Of a stretch of 64,000 nucleotides of DNA, positions 34,020-45,947 are shown piece by piece. The translations under genes and the position numbers were made by a program. Position 1 is the first letter of the stretch. Every line of letters starts with the position of its first letter. The stretch spans positions 62,001 through 126,000 of the forward strand of contig BAAIJX010000015.1 of assembly GCA_054600435.1 (NCBI GenBank). The letters are read 5' to 3'. The notes beneath the pieces were generated by a model. It made no database searches. It was not told the DNA's origin and saw only the letters and a program-made list of their open reading frames with translations. The DNA is from Neophaeotheca triangularis. Taxonomy: Eukaryota.

Positions 34020-35189
34020 ATGACTCTGACCAACATCGAGAAAATGGGCTACACCGGTCAATTGTCTGACATAACGTGAGTAGGTCGACGCACACATCAC
34101 GATGAAAACGTACTGACAGCACCAGAAAAGTCCTCGTAACAGGAGCGACAGGCTTCATCGGAGCCCACATTGTCGACCAACTTCTTGAGAAGGGCGTAAA
34201 CGTCCGCGGAACGACACGAACATGGCAAAAAGCAGAACAAATGAAAGCAGCTCGCCCGCAGTACAACGACAAACTTGAATTCGTTCAGATCAAGGACTTT
34301 TCAGGTGATGTCGATTTCTCCGAAGCCGTACAAGACGTCGATGCCATTGTGCATACCGCAAGCGTTTGACACCCCCGATACTCTCCACCAAGTACTTAAC
34401 TAATCGCCCTCGTAGCCTCTCACTTACGACACCAAGGACAACGAGCAAGAGCTCATTCTCCCAGCCATCGCAGGCGTCAAAGCAATTCTAAGCGCAGCCG
34501 CCCAGACGCAAAAAGTCCAACGCCTCGTCCTCACCTCCTCCTTCGCCTCCGTCATCGACGTGAACCTCCAACCCTCGGCCGGTTTCACCTACACCGGCGA
34601 CCACTGGAACCCCTTGACCTACGCCGAAGCCACCGCGCCCACAACCGACGCCGTCGTCGCTTACCGCGGCAGCAAGAAGTTCGCCGAGCTCGAAGCCTGG
34701 GACTTCGTCAAGCGCGAGAAGCGCTGTTTCGATCTCGTAACTTTCTGTCCGCCCATGACTTTCGGGCCTATCGCGCACCCCGTTGCGGACGCGGGGCAGT
34801 TGAATGAGTCCAACGCTCGGCTTTGGGAGGTTGCGACGGGGGGGTTGCCGCAGTCGCGCGTCCCCGTTTGGATCGATGTGAGGGATCTGGCGACGGCGCA
34901 TGTCGAGGCCGTGTTTAGGGGCGAGGTCTCGATGAGGCGTTATGTCCCCGCCGCTCCTGAGAAGTTTTCATTCGATGTTGCCGCGAGGGTTTTGAGGGAG
35001 CGGTTTGGGGAGCGGGCTAAGGGCCAGGTTAGGGAGGTGGGCGAGGCAAGGCCGCCTGAGGGAGGGTATGAGCTTGATGGGAAGGCGGTGGGGGAAGATT
35101 TTGGGGTGGAGTTTAGGAAGTTTGAGGAGACGGTTGTGGATTTGTTTGTTGGGTTGGAGAGGCTGGGGATGGTGCCGTGGAAGGCTTAA
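34020..35189 (+). CDS. NAD(P)-dependent epimerase/dehydratase-family aldehyde/ketone reductase (Gre2/Ari1-like), 3 exons
   Basis: KVLVTGATGFIGAH, HTASP, VLTSSFAS, YRGSKKFAE, PPMTFGP, WIDVRDLA. Confidence 0.9.
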
Positions 35190-35676
35190 AACGTTTCCCT
35201 GCCAGTCGAGTGAAGTGCCTAGTAGGGTCTAGCTTTTCCATGAGTGTGATGGCATCTCGAGGGTGTTGGCAACTTGCTGCGACAGAAGTAAAGCTAGTTG
35301 AAAAGACTTTTAGCATTGGCAGCAGTACAAGTTGGCAAAAATGGACGATGCTTTAGTTCAAAAGTTGCATCGCAAACGTATACAGTAGATCCCGTGCTCC
35401 TCTCCCTTGGATCACGAAACGACGCCCCAACTTCAACGTCCACGCGATTTCATTTACTTCAGCTCAGTTTTCTACCTCAAATTTCAATACAAAATACTGA
35501 TGCAATTCTGTCAAAGATGTTGTCTGAAGGCAAGAATCGTATCAAATATATATCGTGAATTTACGCCTCAATGCACAGACCATCATCGAAGCGGACCTCG
35601 TACATGGAGACACGTCGACGACTCGCAAGAAAAAGACGAGTCTACTCACATTTCAAAGTCTCACAAGGAGACCAAA

Positions 35677-37196
35677 ATGGAGGTCATCAGATTCGCACAA
35701 GACCTGGCCTTCAACCCAAAACACACCAAATGGCTAAACCCACTACTCCTCACCGCCGACGCCTGCCTCACCTTTCTAATCATCCAAAAGATCCCCTGTA
35801 AGCAACCCAACCCAAGTAACCCTCCAAAACAGCACACACAACCCTCACACCCTGGCGATCCCACAGACACCGAAATCGACTGGACGACCTACATGCAACA
35901 AGTCCGGGTCTACCTCTCGGGCGAGCGCGACTACACGAAAATCACCGGCGACACCGGCCCCCTGGTCTACCCAGCGCTGCACCTCTACATCTACCGCTTG
36001 CTAGCGCACCTCACATCGTCCGGAGCGTCCATTCGCACGGCCCAAGGGCTCTTCGGGGCGCTCTATGTCGCCACTCTGGCGCTGGCGCTCTCCTGCTACC
36101 GCCGCGCTGGCTGTCCGCCGTGGTTGATGTGTCTGCTGGTGGCGAGTAAACGCTTGCATTCTCTGTTTGTGCTCAGGTTGTTTAATGATTGTTTTGCGGG
36201 GTTTTTCTTGTGGGTGGCGGTTTGGTGTTGGCAGCGTCGGTTTTGGACGCCGGGGTGTTTGGCTTTTAGTGCTGGGGTTGGGGTTAAGATGACTTTGGTG
36301 CTGGCGACGCCGGCGGTGGGGTTGGTGCTTTGGCAGGGGGTGGGGAGGGGGAAAGGTTTGAGGTTGGTGGGGTTGATGGGGCAGTTACAGGTGGGTTTTC
36401 TTTTACTTTGGGCTGGTTTTGTCGTTGAGAAGAAGGGAGTCACGGCGGTAGGTGTGACTGGGAAGAGAACTTGAGCTGATCGAATTCTACTTAGGTACTG
36501 ATTGGCTTTCCTTTCCTTGCGGCCGCGCCGATGAGCTATTTGAAGAAGGCTTTCGAGCTTTCTCGAGTTTTCCTCTTCAAATGGACGGTCAACTGGCGGT
36601 TTCTCGGAGAAGAGACGTTCCTATCAAAGCCCTTCTCGCAGCTCTTGTTGATTGCGCACGCCGGCTTGCTTGCTGCTTTCGCTGCTTCGAGATGGCTAGA
36701 CCCCTCGGGGCTCACTGTACCCCAAGCGTTGGCCGAGCTATTCACCTCCAACAAACAGACCCAGCCAAAACCCGATGCAACGGCCTTCGAGCAGCCCAAT
36801 CCTTCTTCCGCAGCAACAAGACAAACCTCGGCCTCGAGATCTAAAACGGAGCTCGAGAGGTCTCGCCAGATTACGCCCACCTTTGTAATGACAGCCGTGC
36901 TCCAGTCCATGCTTATTGGCTGTCTTTGCGCGAGAAGCCTGCACTACCAGTTCTATGCATACATTGCATGGTCGACTCCCTTTTTGATGTGGCGTAGCGG
37001 GTGGGGCCCTGTGCCGACAGTTCTGGTATGGGCTGCTCAAGAATGGGCTTGGAACGTGTTTCCCAGCACTGATGCGAGCTCCATGACCGTAGTCATCTGT
37101 CTAGCCGTGACAATTGCCGGAAGCTGGTATGGGACGAGAGGGAGGTCCAGGAACCTCGGCATAGATAAAGACGGTAGTGACAAGAAGACGGCGTGA
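35677..37196 (+). CDS. ALG3: Dol-P-Man:Man5GlcNAc2-PP-Dol alpha-1,3-mannosyltransferase (introns 35798-35866, about 36391-36494)
   Basis: YTEIDW, GERDY..I.GDTGPLVYPA, SKRLHSLFVLRLFND, FKWTVNWRF, ARSLHYQF, EWAWNVFPST. Confidence 0.95.
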
Positions 37197-37214
37197 ACGA
37201 ACTCACTCAGAGCT

Positions 37215-37631
37215 TCAATTCCGCTCATCCTCCGAGTCCGATGGCGGCATTCGAGGTCCTTCGTCCTCGGAATCATCACCATAGATGGCAGCAGTACTCT
37301 TGGCCGAAAATTCAGCAGGCCAGTACGGCATCTTCCGCCACACCTTCTCCTCGCGTACAATGTTGACAATCTCTCCCGTGAGCTTGTTCTCGCGATCCGC
37401 AAGCGCCGCCGTATCGACTAGCACGTAGGAGCCTCGTTTGATCCAGATGGTGTTGCGGAAGCGAGCAGGGAGTTCAGCCAGACAGGGGTTTCCGCCGGGT
37501 AGCTCGAGATGGTAGAGATTGTTGCCTGCTGCTTGCTTGACCCGGGCAACGGAATGGTTTGGTTGGAGTGTGGAGGGTGGCGTGAGAGTCTCCTCTGCCA
37601 CGGCGTGGACGTTGCGTTTGGGCTTTGGCAT
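37215..37631 (-). CDS. EIF1AD: eIF1A-domain (S1/OB-fold) protein EIF1AD
   Basis: GNNLYHLE...LAELPARFRNTIWIKRGSYVLVD...KLTGEIV...YWP.EF...MPPSDSE. Confidence 0.9.
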   Translation of the reverse strand: MPKPKRNVHAVAEETLTPPSTLQPNHSVARVKQAAGNNLYHLELPGGNPCLAELPARFRNTIWIKRGSYVLVDTAALADRENKLTGEIVNIVREEKVWRKMPYWPAEFSAKSTAAIYGDDSEDEGPRMPPSDSEDERN

Positions 37632-38672
37632 GGTGGTGGAGGGTAGTGATGTATTCTCCTTGGGGGGCGATCTGCGCGTTTACCGCCTGGACGGGGAGAG
37701 CTAAGTAGCTGGTGACAGCCACAGCAGCTGGCTGTCCGTAGGTAAGGTAGTTTTGGGATAAAGTGATGTCGGTGTGCAGCTGGAATTGTTTGGTTGTCTC
37801 TCACCGCTAGTTTTGCGTGATTTGAGGCGTCAAATATGATGATGATTATCGGTTGAAGGGGTGACTGTTTAGGTATGAATCGTCGTTTGTGAGGGGAAAG
37901 TCTTCCATCATGTGAAGCCCCCTCTACGATGGAAATTCAGCAGCACCCCACAGTAGTAAGTAGTAACTAACTAAGTAGTAACGTACCTAAGGTCTTATTA
38001 TTAATGCGCTAATGGCTTGCATACATCTCCACTGGCTTTAAGGTTCTAGGTTGTATGTGTGTACTAGTATGCATGTGAAGATTGCAGTTGCTTTTTACAA
38101 TACCCTACCCTACCGTACACCCATAACGGCGGCCATATACAGTACACGCACAAGGTAGGTATGTACTGTACTTGTACCCGTCTCACCCTATTCTTCAGTC
38201 ACAAGGTCACGAGGCAGGGCATCTAGCCGTTCGTAGCAAATGCTGCCGAAATAAAGCAATATCATCGCGTCAACAGGCAAACCGTGCATACACCAAACGC
38301 ACAAGCTCATTGGTCCGTTCACACATCTCGCCCTCCCCATATCTCAAAGGTCGAGGTCTCAAGTCTCGACGCACGCCAGGAAGGAGAGGTACTTCACCTG
38401 CGAGCGCTAATCTCCCCCGATAAGGCATCCGTGGGTGTCGTACAAAGGCGGTGGAAGGGACTCGAGGTGAAAGAGTTGTGTGTTTGATCTCTGGTGCTGT
38501 GAGGGTGTTCTTCTAGCACGACGACTGCACTAACCTTGGAATCCTCTGGTCGGCTTGATCTCAGGGGGCTACGGGAGACTTGGTACTCCAAGACCTACAA
38601 GGAGTTACGTACTAAGCGACGCTACGGACCTGCACCTCGCCGCAAAGAGACGAACTGTGTGTTGCGCCTGAC

Positions 38673-41600
38673 ATGTTTGATTTCCTCAAGCCCAGAGACA
38701 AGAGGGGGAGAAGGCGGGACAGTCACGACAGAAGAAACCATTCGATCTCACCCTTTGCTACGGCTGCGGATGTGTCGAGGGATAGAGCAGTAGGGAGAAG
38801 TGTCGCAGACGGTGAAGAGGAGGACGACGAGCACGACGACGTACGGCACGCGCATGCCAATGGATATTTTTCCTTGTACCGGGGACGGCCAACAAACGAG
38901 GAAGAGATAGAAGACGAAGACGCCGAAGGCGAAGATGAGGACGACCTGGGAACGCCACTGTTGCCCATCTTCTCAGCGGCGCATCTTGACAAGCTGCCGT
39001 TGTACAACATCACCCACGCCATCCGCCTCCTGATCGTCCAGCGATGCGAGACCACCCTCTCTTGGGAGCAGCTGCGAAGTCCGCAGATCAGCCAGTTCCT
39101 TGTCAAGCCGATTCAATCCGAAATACGGACCAACCACTTCAATCGTGCGACATTGTGCGCGCTGATTGCGAATTGCCTGCAGTTTCAAAAGGAGGGTCAG
39201 CTACATCCAGGCAATGTTGGGGTTTCCAAGACAAGAGCATTGACAAGCGAGCTGTTGGCCATGAGGCTGATCAAGGATTTCACTATAAGAGAGCTGATTG
39301 ACGCGCTAAGCTACGACTTTGATCCTCTCCAGGGGCTTACGCCAGCCAACACAGGGGCGGCAAACACTCCAGGCTGGACCACTCCGTCGTGGCAGGATCG
39401 AAGGGCGCAGGCAAGAGTGAGTACAATAGAGATTGCCATCAGAGCGCAGGCCAAGAGGTTCCTTGCACATGCTCTAGTGGTCCAGCATCTCGAAGCCATC
39501 TGGGCAGGCACGATTGTCTTCCACTCTGCGGCGGACGACTTGCACCGCAAGCCTTCTTCGCGAGATGTGCACAAGGCACGCGCAGCCGGCGGTTATGGTG
39601 CTATCAACGAGCATTCTCCGGGCGCCCTGCCTGCAGATTCGGTATTGTCTGGGAAGGCACACCAAACGCGGACGAACAGGAAGCCGGAACCGACGCCGTC
39701 TTTCAAACGTCGCTCTGTGACGCTGTATGATCCCCAAGATGCCTCGTTGTTCAAGCTGAGCCGTCTGCGAGTACCGCGTTACCGTCAAATCTTCTCGACG
39801 TTGAGTTTTGCGACAATGCTTGGATTGTTTATTGCGGTGCTCGTGGATAGGTCCCTCACCATCACTCCACTGGAAGTAGTCTTCTGGTTCTGGAGCGCCG
39901 GCTACATGCTTGACGAGCTTGTTGGGTTTACCGAGCAAGGGTTCGGTCTCTACATCTTGTCCTTCTGGAACGCCTTCGATCTCGCCATATTGGTCCTCTT
40001 TTTCATATACTATGCTCTGCGGCTCTACGGGATTGTTCTGGCCGATCAAGGCAAGCATCTTATAGCAGACGCTGCGTACGATGTCTTGGCCTCCACGGCT
40101 GTACTACTGTTCCCTCGCCTCTTCAGTGTCCTGGACCATTACCGCTACTTCTCCCAACTACTGATAGCATTCCGAATGATGGCGCAGGATTTGATCGCTA
40201 TCCTTGTGTTGATCTTGATCTTCTGCTCTGGCTTCTTCGTGGCATTCACGCTATCCTTCTCGGACGTGGGCACTGATAGCAACGACGTGGCCTACAGCCT
40301 TTTCCAAATCCTGATGGGCTTTACTCCCGCGGCTTGGGATAATTGGGCTGGTTACAACATGCTCGGCAAGGCTATCATGACCGTCTTCCTGATCATCTGT
40401 CACTTCATGATTGTGACCATCCTGATCACCGTCCTGACCAACAGCTTCATGGCCATTGTCCGGAATGCCGAAGAGGAGCATCAATTCGTATTCGCCGTCA
40501 ACACAATCTCCATGGTCAAGTCAGACGCTCTGTTCAGTTACATTGCGCCTACCAACATCATTGGGTGGGTTTGCAGCCCGCTGCGGTATTTCATGCCGTT
40601 CCGACTGTACGTGAGAGTCAACAGAACCATTATAAAGGCAACTCACTTCCCTGTTTTGCTGATTGTCTTCGCTTATGAGCGCCTGAGACTCAGCACTTTG
40701 GCATACGAACAGACTGATCTCGTGGAGAGGCAACCGACTCAAAAGAGCAAGCCACTTGCCTTCAGCATGAACCGAAAGGAGCCTTTTAGTCCGGGCACTC
40801 GCCTGCGCGAGCCGAGTGTCATTAGCTTTCATAAAGACCGCGCGCTCGATGAGGTCTTCAGGCGGCCGTTCAGAGGTAGCACCGTTCGAACTACTGCCAA
40901 AGATATGCAAAGTGAAAGGCGTAACAGCACGAATGTCGTCGACAGCTGGATGCAATTAGCCGACGACGAGGGGGGTGCGAGTCCGCCGCTCGAACAGGCG
41001 CAGAGTGTACTCGATCGATTGGAGCGTGGCTCGTCGCGGCCAAAATTCAAGCGAGCTGCCACTGCCGATCGATTGAAGACTTCATTGAGGCCACGCGAGT
41101 TTTCGTCAGCGACTCGCAGTATGGTCAGTGATCCAGACTTAATGTCGTTTACCAATTCACGTCGCCCCCAGCGTATCGAAGAAGAAGGCGATGATATCTA
41201 TGTGGACGCTACCACGCCATTACAAGAGACCGACGCCGATGGTGATGATGAAGAGAATGTCGAGGACAGCGATGGCAACCACACGCCGTTGCCTGAAGAC
41301 AGCGCTACAAACATCCTTAGCGGCGACGAAGGCCCTGACGATATCAAGGACAAGCCCCTCCAGACGCCAACAGCAGCGTCCATGATGCAACGTGCCAAAT
41401 CCCGGGTACCAGAGAGCCCTGATATAATCCAACAAGCCTCAACCCCTTACCAAGCCAAAGCACACAACCGCCGCGCCATGCATAGCCGCAATGTCTCCAA
41501 CGCGACAATGGTATTCGCACCCCAAACAAACGAACAGTCCTCGCGCCCCAGCACAGCCAAACACACTACCAGCTCGGCCAATGACGCCAACCACACGGCA

Positions 41601-42368
41601 CCCAAATCAACAAACGGCCAACGCACCCCAGCCCGCGTCTTCCGCGCAGCAGCCATTCTCCCAACCGCGACGGGCGTTCCCAAATCACGCCCTGGCATGC
41701 CCGCGCGCGCCAAAACTTTCGCCTCAAACCCTGCCCAGCAGGCCGGTCTCAGCTTCCTCGACATCGCCCGAAACCCGGCGAGGCAACCGTCTTTCAACGC
41801 CCGCGCCCTCGATCTCGCCTCCGAAATTGGCGATAATCGCTTTCTCAGCAACCAGAACTTCGACGGCACAGGCGGACTCATGGGTGGGATGCCGGCCTCC
41901 TTTTCCGAGCAAATGCTACGAGAGCGAGAAATGGAAAGGCGAATGAAGCGGCAGGATGAGGAGGAGGAGAAGGGCCGGACGAACCGCATAATGCTCGCTA
42001 GGATGAATACGCTGGAAGAGGGGTTCAAGGAGGTTTTGAGGGAGATTAGAGGGTTTACTTCTCAGCCTGCGGTAGGTGTTGGAGGGGTCGGTGGTGTTTC
42101 GAGGGGTGGGAGTGAGACTGGGGGCAGTGGGGGCACGGCTTTTGTCGTTCGCAATGGGCTTGTGGGGAAAGCTGGAGGGAGGAAGAGTCCGAGGAAGAGT
42201 GGGAGTAAGGGGAAGGGAAAGGGGAGGGAGAGTCCGAAGAGCGAGGGGAGGGCTGAGATAGGCGCTGAAAGGGGGTTTAAACGGCCTGGTACCTCTTTCA
42301 AGCATGGAGAGGTTGCGAGTGGGACTGAGGAGGCTGTGGCTGTGGAACGCGAAGATGGGGCTGGGTGA
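38673..42368 (+). CDS. TRP-family nonselective cation channel (Yvc1-like paralog) with long C-terminal tail
   Basis: LSWEQLRSPQISQFLVKPI, STIEIAIRAQAKRFL, LRVPRY, about 6 TM segments, ITVLTNSF, PTNII, C-terminal coiled coil; 1231-aa ORF. Confidence 0.88.
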   Translation: MFDFLKPRDKRGRRRDSHDRRNHSISPFATAADVSRDRAVGRSVADGEEEDDEHDDVRHAHANGYFSLYRGRPTNEEEIEDEDAEGEDEDDLGTPLLPIFSAAHLDKLPLYNITHAIRLLIVQRCETTLSWEQLRSPQISQFLVKPIQSEIRTNHFNRATLCALIANCLQFQKEGQLHPGNVGVSKTRALTSELLAMRLIKDFTIRELIDALSYDFDPLQGLTPANTGAANTPGWTTPSWQDRRAQARVSTIEIAIRAQAKRFLAHALVVQHLEAIWAGTIVFHSAADDLHRKPSSRDVHKARAAGGYGAINEHSPGALPADSVLSGKAHQTRTNRKPEPTPSFKRRSVTLYDPQDASLFKLSRLRVPRYRQIFSTLSFATMLGLFIAVLVDRSLTITPLEVVFWFWSAGYMLDELVGFTEQGFGLYILSFWNAFDLAILVLFFIYYALRLYGIVLADQGKHLIADAAYDVLASTAVLLFPRLFSVLDHYRYFSQLLIAFRMMAQDLIAILVLILIFCSGFFVAFTLSFSDVGTDSNDVAYSLFQILMGFTPAAWDNWAGYNMLGKAIMTVFLIICHFMIVTILITVLTNSFMAIVRNAEEEHQFVFAVNTISMVKSDALFSYIAPTNIIGWVCSPLRYFMPFRLYVRVNRTIIKATHFPVLLIVFAYERLRLSTLAYEQTDLVERQPTQKSKPLAFSMNRKEPFSPGTRLREPSVISFHKDRALDEVFRRPFRGSTVRTTAKDMQSERRNSTNVVDSWMQLADDEGGASPPLEQAQSVLDRLERGSSRPKFKRAATADRLKTSLRPREFSSATRSMVSDPDLMSFTNSRRPQRIEEEGDDIYVDATTPLQETDADGDDEENVEDSDGNHTPLPEDSATNILSGDEGPDDIKDKPLQTPTAASMMQRAKSRVPESPDIIQQASTPYQAKAHNRRAMHSRNVSNATMVFAPQTNEQSSRPSTAKHTTSSANDANHTAPKSTNGQRTPARVFRAAAILPTATGVPKSRPGMPARAKTFASNPAQQAGLSFLDIARNPARQPSFNARALDLASEIGDNRFLSNQNFDGTGGLMGGMPASFSEQMLREREMERRMKRQDEEEEKGRTNRIMLARMNTLEEGFKEVLREIRGFTSQPAVGVGGVGGVSRGGSETGGSGGTAFVVRNGLVGKAGGRKSPRKSGSKGKGKGRESPKSEGRAEIGAERGFKRPGTSFKHGEVASGTEEAVAVEREDGAG

Positions 42369-42616
42369 GAAGAGGCTGAGATAGCCGCGTTTGTGTGGTG
42401 GAGCATATCTTTATCGACTGCGTTCGAAGCATAGCCGGGAGGCATACTGAGCGTTTTGCGGATGATATCTGACCTGTATTCGTAATTAAATTCCAGATTA
42501 TGCCGCTCCTTTAATCAAGCCTCCTTCCCCTCAACCAACCATCCAACCAACATGGCGCGCCATTTATTACCCCGAGCCAACAGGCCCTCTACAATCCCAC
42601 GTCTTGTTCCAAGACC

Positions 42617-42887
42617 TCACACTCCCCCTCCAGACCTGACCCCAGCTTTGACGTTGAAATCGCCCTGTTTCGGGGGTTGGTCCCGCTGTGCGGAGTCGGC
42701 GAAGTTTTTGCTGTAGTAGACGGTGCCGAGTGCGAGGGCGGAGATGAGGATAGTGTTGCGGCGGCTGTGCGTTTGATGTCAGTGTGTCGGAAGGTTCTGG
42801 TGAGACAACGAGAGCGGATCGATCAGTTTCGAAGGCGGTTTGGGGGGAACGGGGCTCTACGCACGTTACCAAGGCTTGCCAGGCCAT
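42617..42887 (-). CDS. 56-aa single-TM microprotein ending in RSGGGV, 2 exons (42887-42865, 42764-42617)
   Basis: GTGCGT donor, CTGAC branch and CAG acceptor give MAWQALVTRRNTILISALALGTVYYSKNFADSAQRDQPPKQGDFNVKAGVRSGGGV*. Confidence 0.7.
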
Positions 42888-43473
42888 TGTTGGGCTGATG
42901 GTGGTCGGCTGGGAGTTGGTGGTTTGCGGACGCGGGTGGCTGTTCGGTTGAGTTTGCGCTTCTGCTTTGTTGATGGTGAAGTGAAAGGCGAGAGGGAGGA
43001 AGAGGAGAAGGAAAAGGAAGGGTCGAGGATGGGAAAGTGGGATTGCATGTTTTCTACGTAGCACTTACCCTACCTCTCCCTCTTCTCCACCGCCCCGTCC
43101 TTTGATCGCGATACATGCGGTGCTACGGAGGTAGGAAAGGTCACAGTACCTGCTCTCACTTCACCTCGGAGCTGTGCCGAGGAGGTCGAACCCGGTTTCT
43201 CTTCGAGCTTTCCCCACAAACATTCCTGCTGCTTTCCCCACACTTCTGCACCTTCCCCGCTGACGCCCGCGGCAATGGAACCGCCGCCGTCACTGCTGTC
43301 ACGCTTACACGTGATGACGCCAAGGATACCATAGGCAGTCCAGGCGAGTCCAGGCATCTGCAATCGACTGTACTCACCTGCACCGACCTACAAGCTTATC
43401 ATCTCCCTACGAGCGACCACAAAGCATTCTAACAAAGGAACACCCTCCAATCACGAAACACGACTCCTCAATC

Positions 43474-44361
43474 ATGGCCTCCTCCTCCATCCCCGCCACC
43501 CCCCTCCTCTACGCCTGCATCGCCTACAACAGCACCATCCTAACCGAACACACGGTCCCCGCCGCCAGCGCCAACACCTCCCAGCTCGCCTCCGCCATCC
43601 TGCCCAAAATCGACCACCAAACTCCCCAAAAACTAACCTACACGCACCAAACCAACCTAATCCACTACATCGCCGACGCCGCGCCGTCAACCTCGAACCC
43701 CTCCAACCTCAGCGCAGCCGGCCTCACCTACCTCGTGGTCGCCCGCCAGGACCTGGGCCGCCGCATCCCGTTTGGTTTTCTGGTGGAGATCAAGAAGCGC
43801 TTCTTGCGCGACTATGATGCCGAGAGGACGGCTTTTGGGGATTTGCCGGCTTATGGCGCGGCGGCTTTCAATGGCACGCTCAAGGGGTTGATGGTCGAGT
43901 ATGGCACTACCAAGGCTGGGCAGGATGATGCGGTCAGGAATGTGCAGGGGGAGATTGATAATGTGAGGGGCATTATGACGGAGAATATTGAGAGGGTGCT
44001 TGAGAGGGGTGAACGGTGAGCTTTTTTTTTTTTTTTGGCATGTTTTTGGGAGAGCTGCAATGGCGGTTTGGAGGGATGTTTGCTGATATGACGAATGTTT
44101 AGGATCGACCTGCTCGTGGATAAGACGGATCGACTTGGTGGCAGTGCAAGGGATTTCAGGGTAAGAAGTCGTGGGCTGAGGAGGCAGATGTGGTGGAAGA
44201 ATGTCAGATTGATGGTGCTGCTTGTCGTCGTCATTATCTTTCTGGTTTATCTGCTTGTCGGAATGGGATGCGGTCTGCCAGGTGAGTCCCCTAGCACCCG
44301 AACGACAGCATACCTCCAGACTAACTCCCTCACAGGCTGGTCGAGGTGCATCAGGCACTGA
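43474..44361 (+). CDS. Longin-domain R-SNARE (VAMP7/Nyv1-like), 3 exons
   Basis: Longin domain (GRRIPFGFLVEIKKRF), SNARE motif IMTENIERVLERGERIDLLVDKT, RRQMWWKN plus TM. Confidence 0.93.
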
Positions 44362-44482
44362 TCACGTTTCCGTTAATCTCATAGCGTTCGAGCGACCTCA
44401 GCCACACATTCTGTACTTCATAACGGCCTTGCACAAATTTCCAAACAACGCATACTTCCACCTAGCCAAACTTTGCTCGCCC

Positions 44483-45079
44483 TCAAGCATAATCTCCCCA
44501 CCCCAACGCCTCCTCCAACTCCTGCATCTTAGTCTTACCACTCCCGAGCAACCCCCTCCCCTTAACCTCCTTAACCAACTCCACCATCTCCTCGTCGCCC
44601 TCAGCCGCCCGCCTCTCAAACTCCCCCATATTCTCCCTCAACCACTCAACATCCTGGCCCGCCTCGGGCAAAGCAAACCCGTGCTCCCTCCCCGCCAATA
44701 TCCCTCCGACAACCACAACCCCGCCCCCCAACCCGGTATCCACGGCCTCCTCACCCCGCCGCAGACTCGGCAAACCCTTCCCCACCACTTCCACCCACGC
44801 TCCCTCGACTCGCAAACACAAATCGTCGAGATCGGCTTTCGTCCGCGACGGCCCGGCGCGCGCGTAGATGCAAATGGCGTTTGTGAACTTGGGCCTGCCG
44901 GCTATGAAGTGCGTCGGTGTCGCTTGCTCCGAGCTCGAGGCCGCTTGGTGGTACTTGACTTGCACGAAGAGCGACGGCGTCGTGAACTTGGTCGTGTGGA
45001 TTTGCGTGATGCGTTCGGCGAGGGCCGTGCGTTGGGAGAGGGTTAGTGGGCAGGTGTGGTGGATTTCGTAGAGGGGCAT
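44483..45079 (-). CDS. Tautomerase superfamily protein (cis-CaaD/4-OT-like)
   Basis: N-terminal Met-Pro (catalytic Pro1), MPLYEIHH...LAERITQIH..F.TP.LFV.V, C-terminal E.G..LPEAG.D..W...N. Confidence 0.8.
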   Translation of the reverse strand: MPLYEIHHTCPLTLSQRTALAERITQIHTTKFTTPSLFVQVKYHQAASSSEQATPTHFIAGRPKFTNAICIYARAGPSRTKADLDDLCLRVEGAWVEVVGKGLPSLRRGEEAVDTGLGGGVVVVGGILAGREHGFALPEAGQDVEWLRENMGEFERRAAEGDEEMVELVKEVKGRGLLGSGKTKMQELEEALGWGDYA

Positions 45080-45947
45080 TTTTTTGGGGGTCCCGGGGGG
45101 GATCTGGGTGGTTTGGTTGCTGAGGCTGCTTTTATTACTTCGGTGGAGATGGATTTGGTTCGTTTGGCTCTTGGGGTGAAGCTTTGGGTACTATTTATAG
45201 GTGGTCGGGAGGTCTTTTGGCGGTCTTTGAATGTGAAGTCTATAAGAGGAGGAGGATCTGTCAGACAATGCTGTCGAAGATGTCCGTGGTCGTGCTAGGT
45301 AGGTAGCTAGGTAAGACAATGGGAGGCTGGAGCTGCAGCAAGGTTCGACATGATTGGTGTCCGACATGATGTATGCGCAATGACGAACGATATACAGGTG
45401 GGTGGATCTGGGGAAAGGGAAAGCTAGGATTCCTGGGAACAACAGTCGGGTATTAGAGTTTGGTGTCCTGGACTTCATGCGGCGAGACCCGTCGTCAGTA
45501 GTAATTGACCACACGACGTCTATGGGGTTCGAAATTCGAATTTCCGGGTTGTCCTTACCAGCTCTAATGCGGGAAGTTCACCTAGCCGATTCAGTCCGTT
45601 GCAATATCCCTTCGGAACCACGAAGGGATATTGCGAGTGTCGATTGTGCCTAGTCAAGGCCACAGCGACTCCCCTGGCTTCGTTCTTAAACGATATACGA
45701 AGTGCTCGATAGAAGAAGTCGGGCTTCCGTACGAGTAATGATATGATAGATACTAAGACGACTTGGCAGAAAAGCCTTGCTGACAGGAAAGAGACATCTG
45801 GCAATACAATCTCGGGCAGAATTTCAAAGCTACAGCGAAGGGGGTATAAAGCGACAGTCCAAAGTCCTTGGCCCGTGAAAAGAAAGAACACCCCCATATG
45901 CACATCAGCGCCGGCCATTTTCTCTACGCAAAACCTCAACTTGTCAT

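Noticed and set aside
35407..35676. N-terminal extension of the ALG3 ORF
   Set aside because: Starts at TTG in promoter-like DNA; homology and codon bias begin at the ATG at 35677
44222..45046. 274-aa + strand ORF
   Set aside because: Antisense shadow of the tautomerase gene
44483..45079. Tautomerase as a fourth member of the kinase/CorA-like module
   Set aside because: Same strand, but it has core-gene skew and its own promoter motif array; no sequence evidence of linkage
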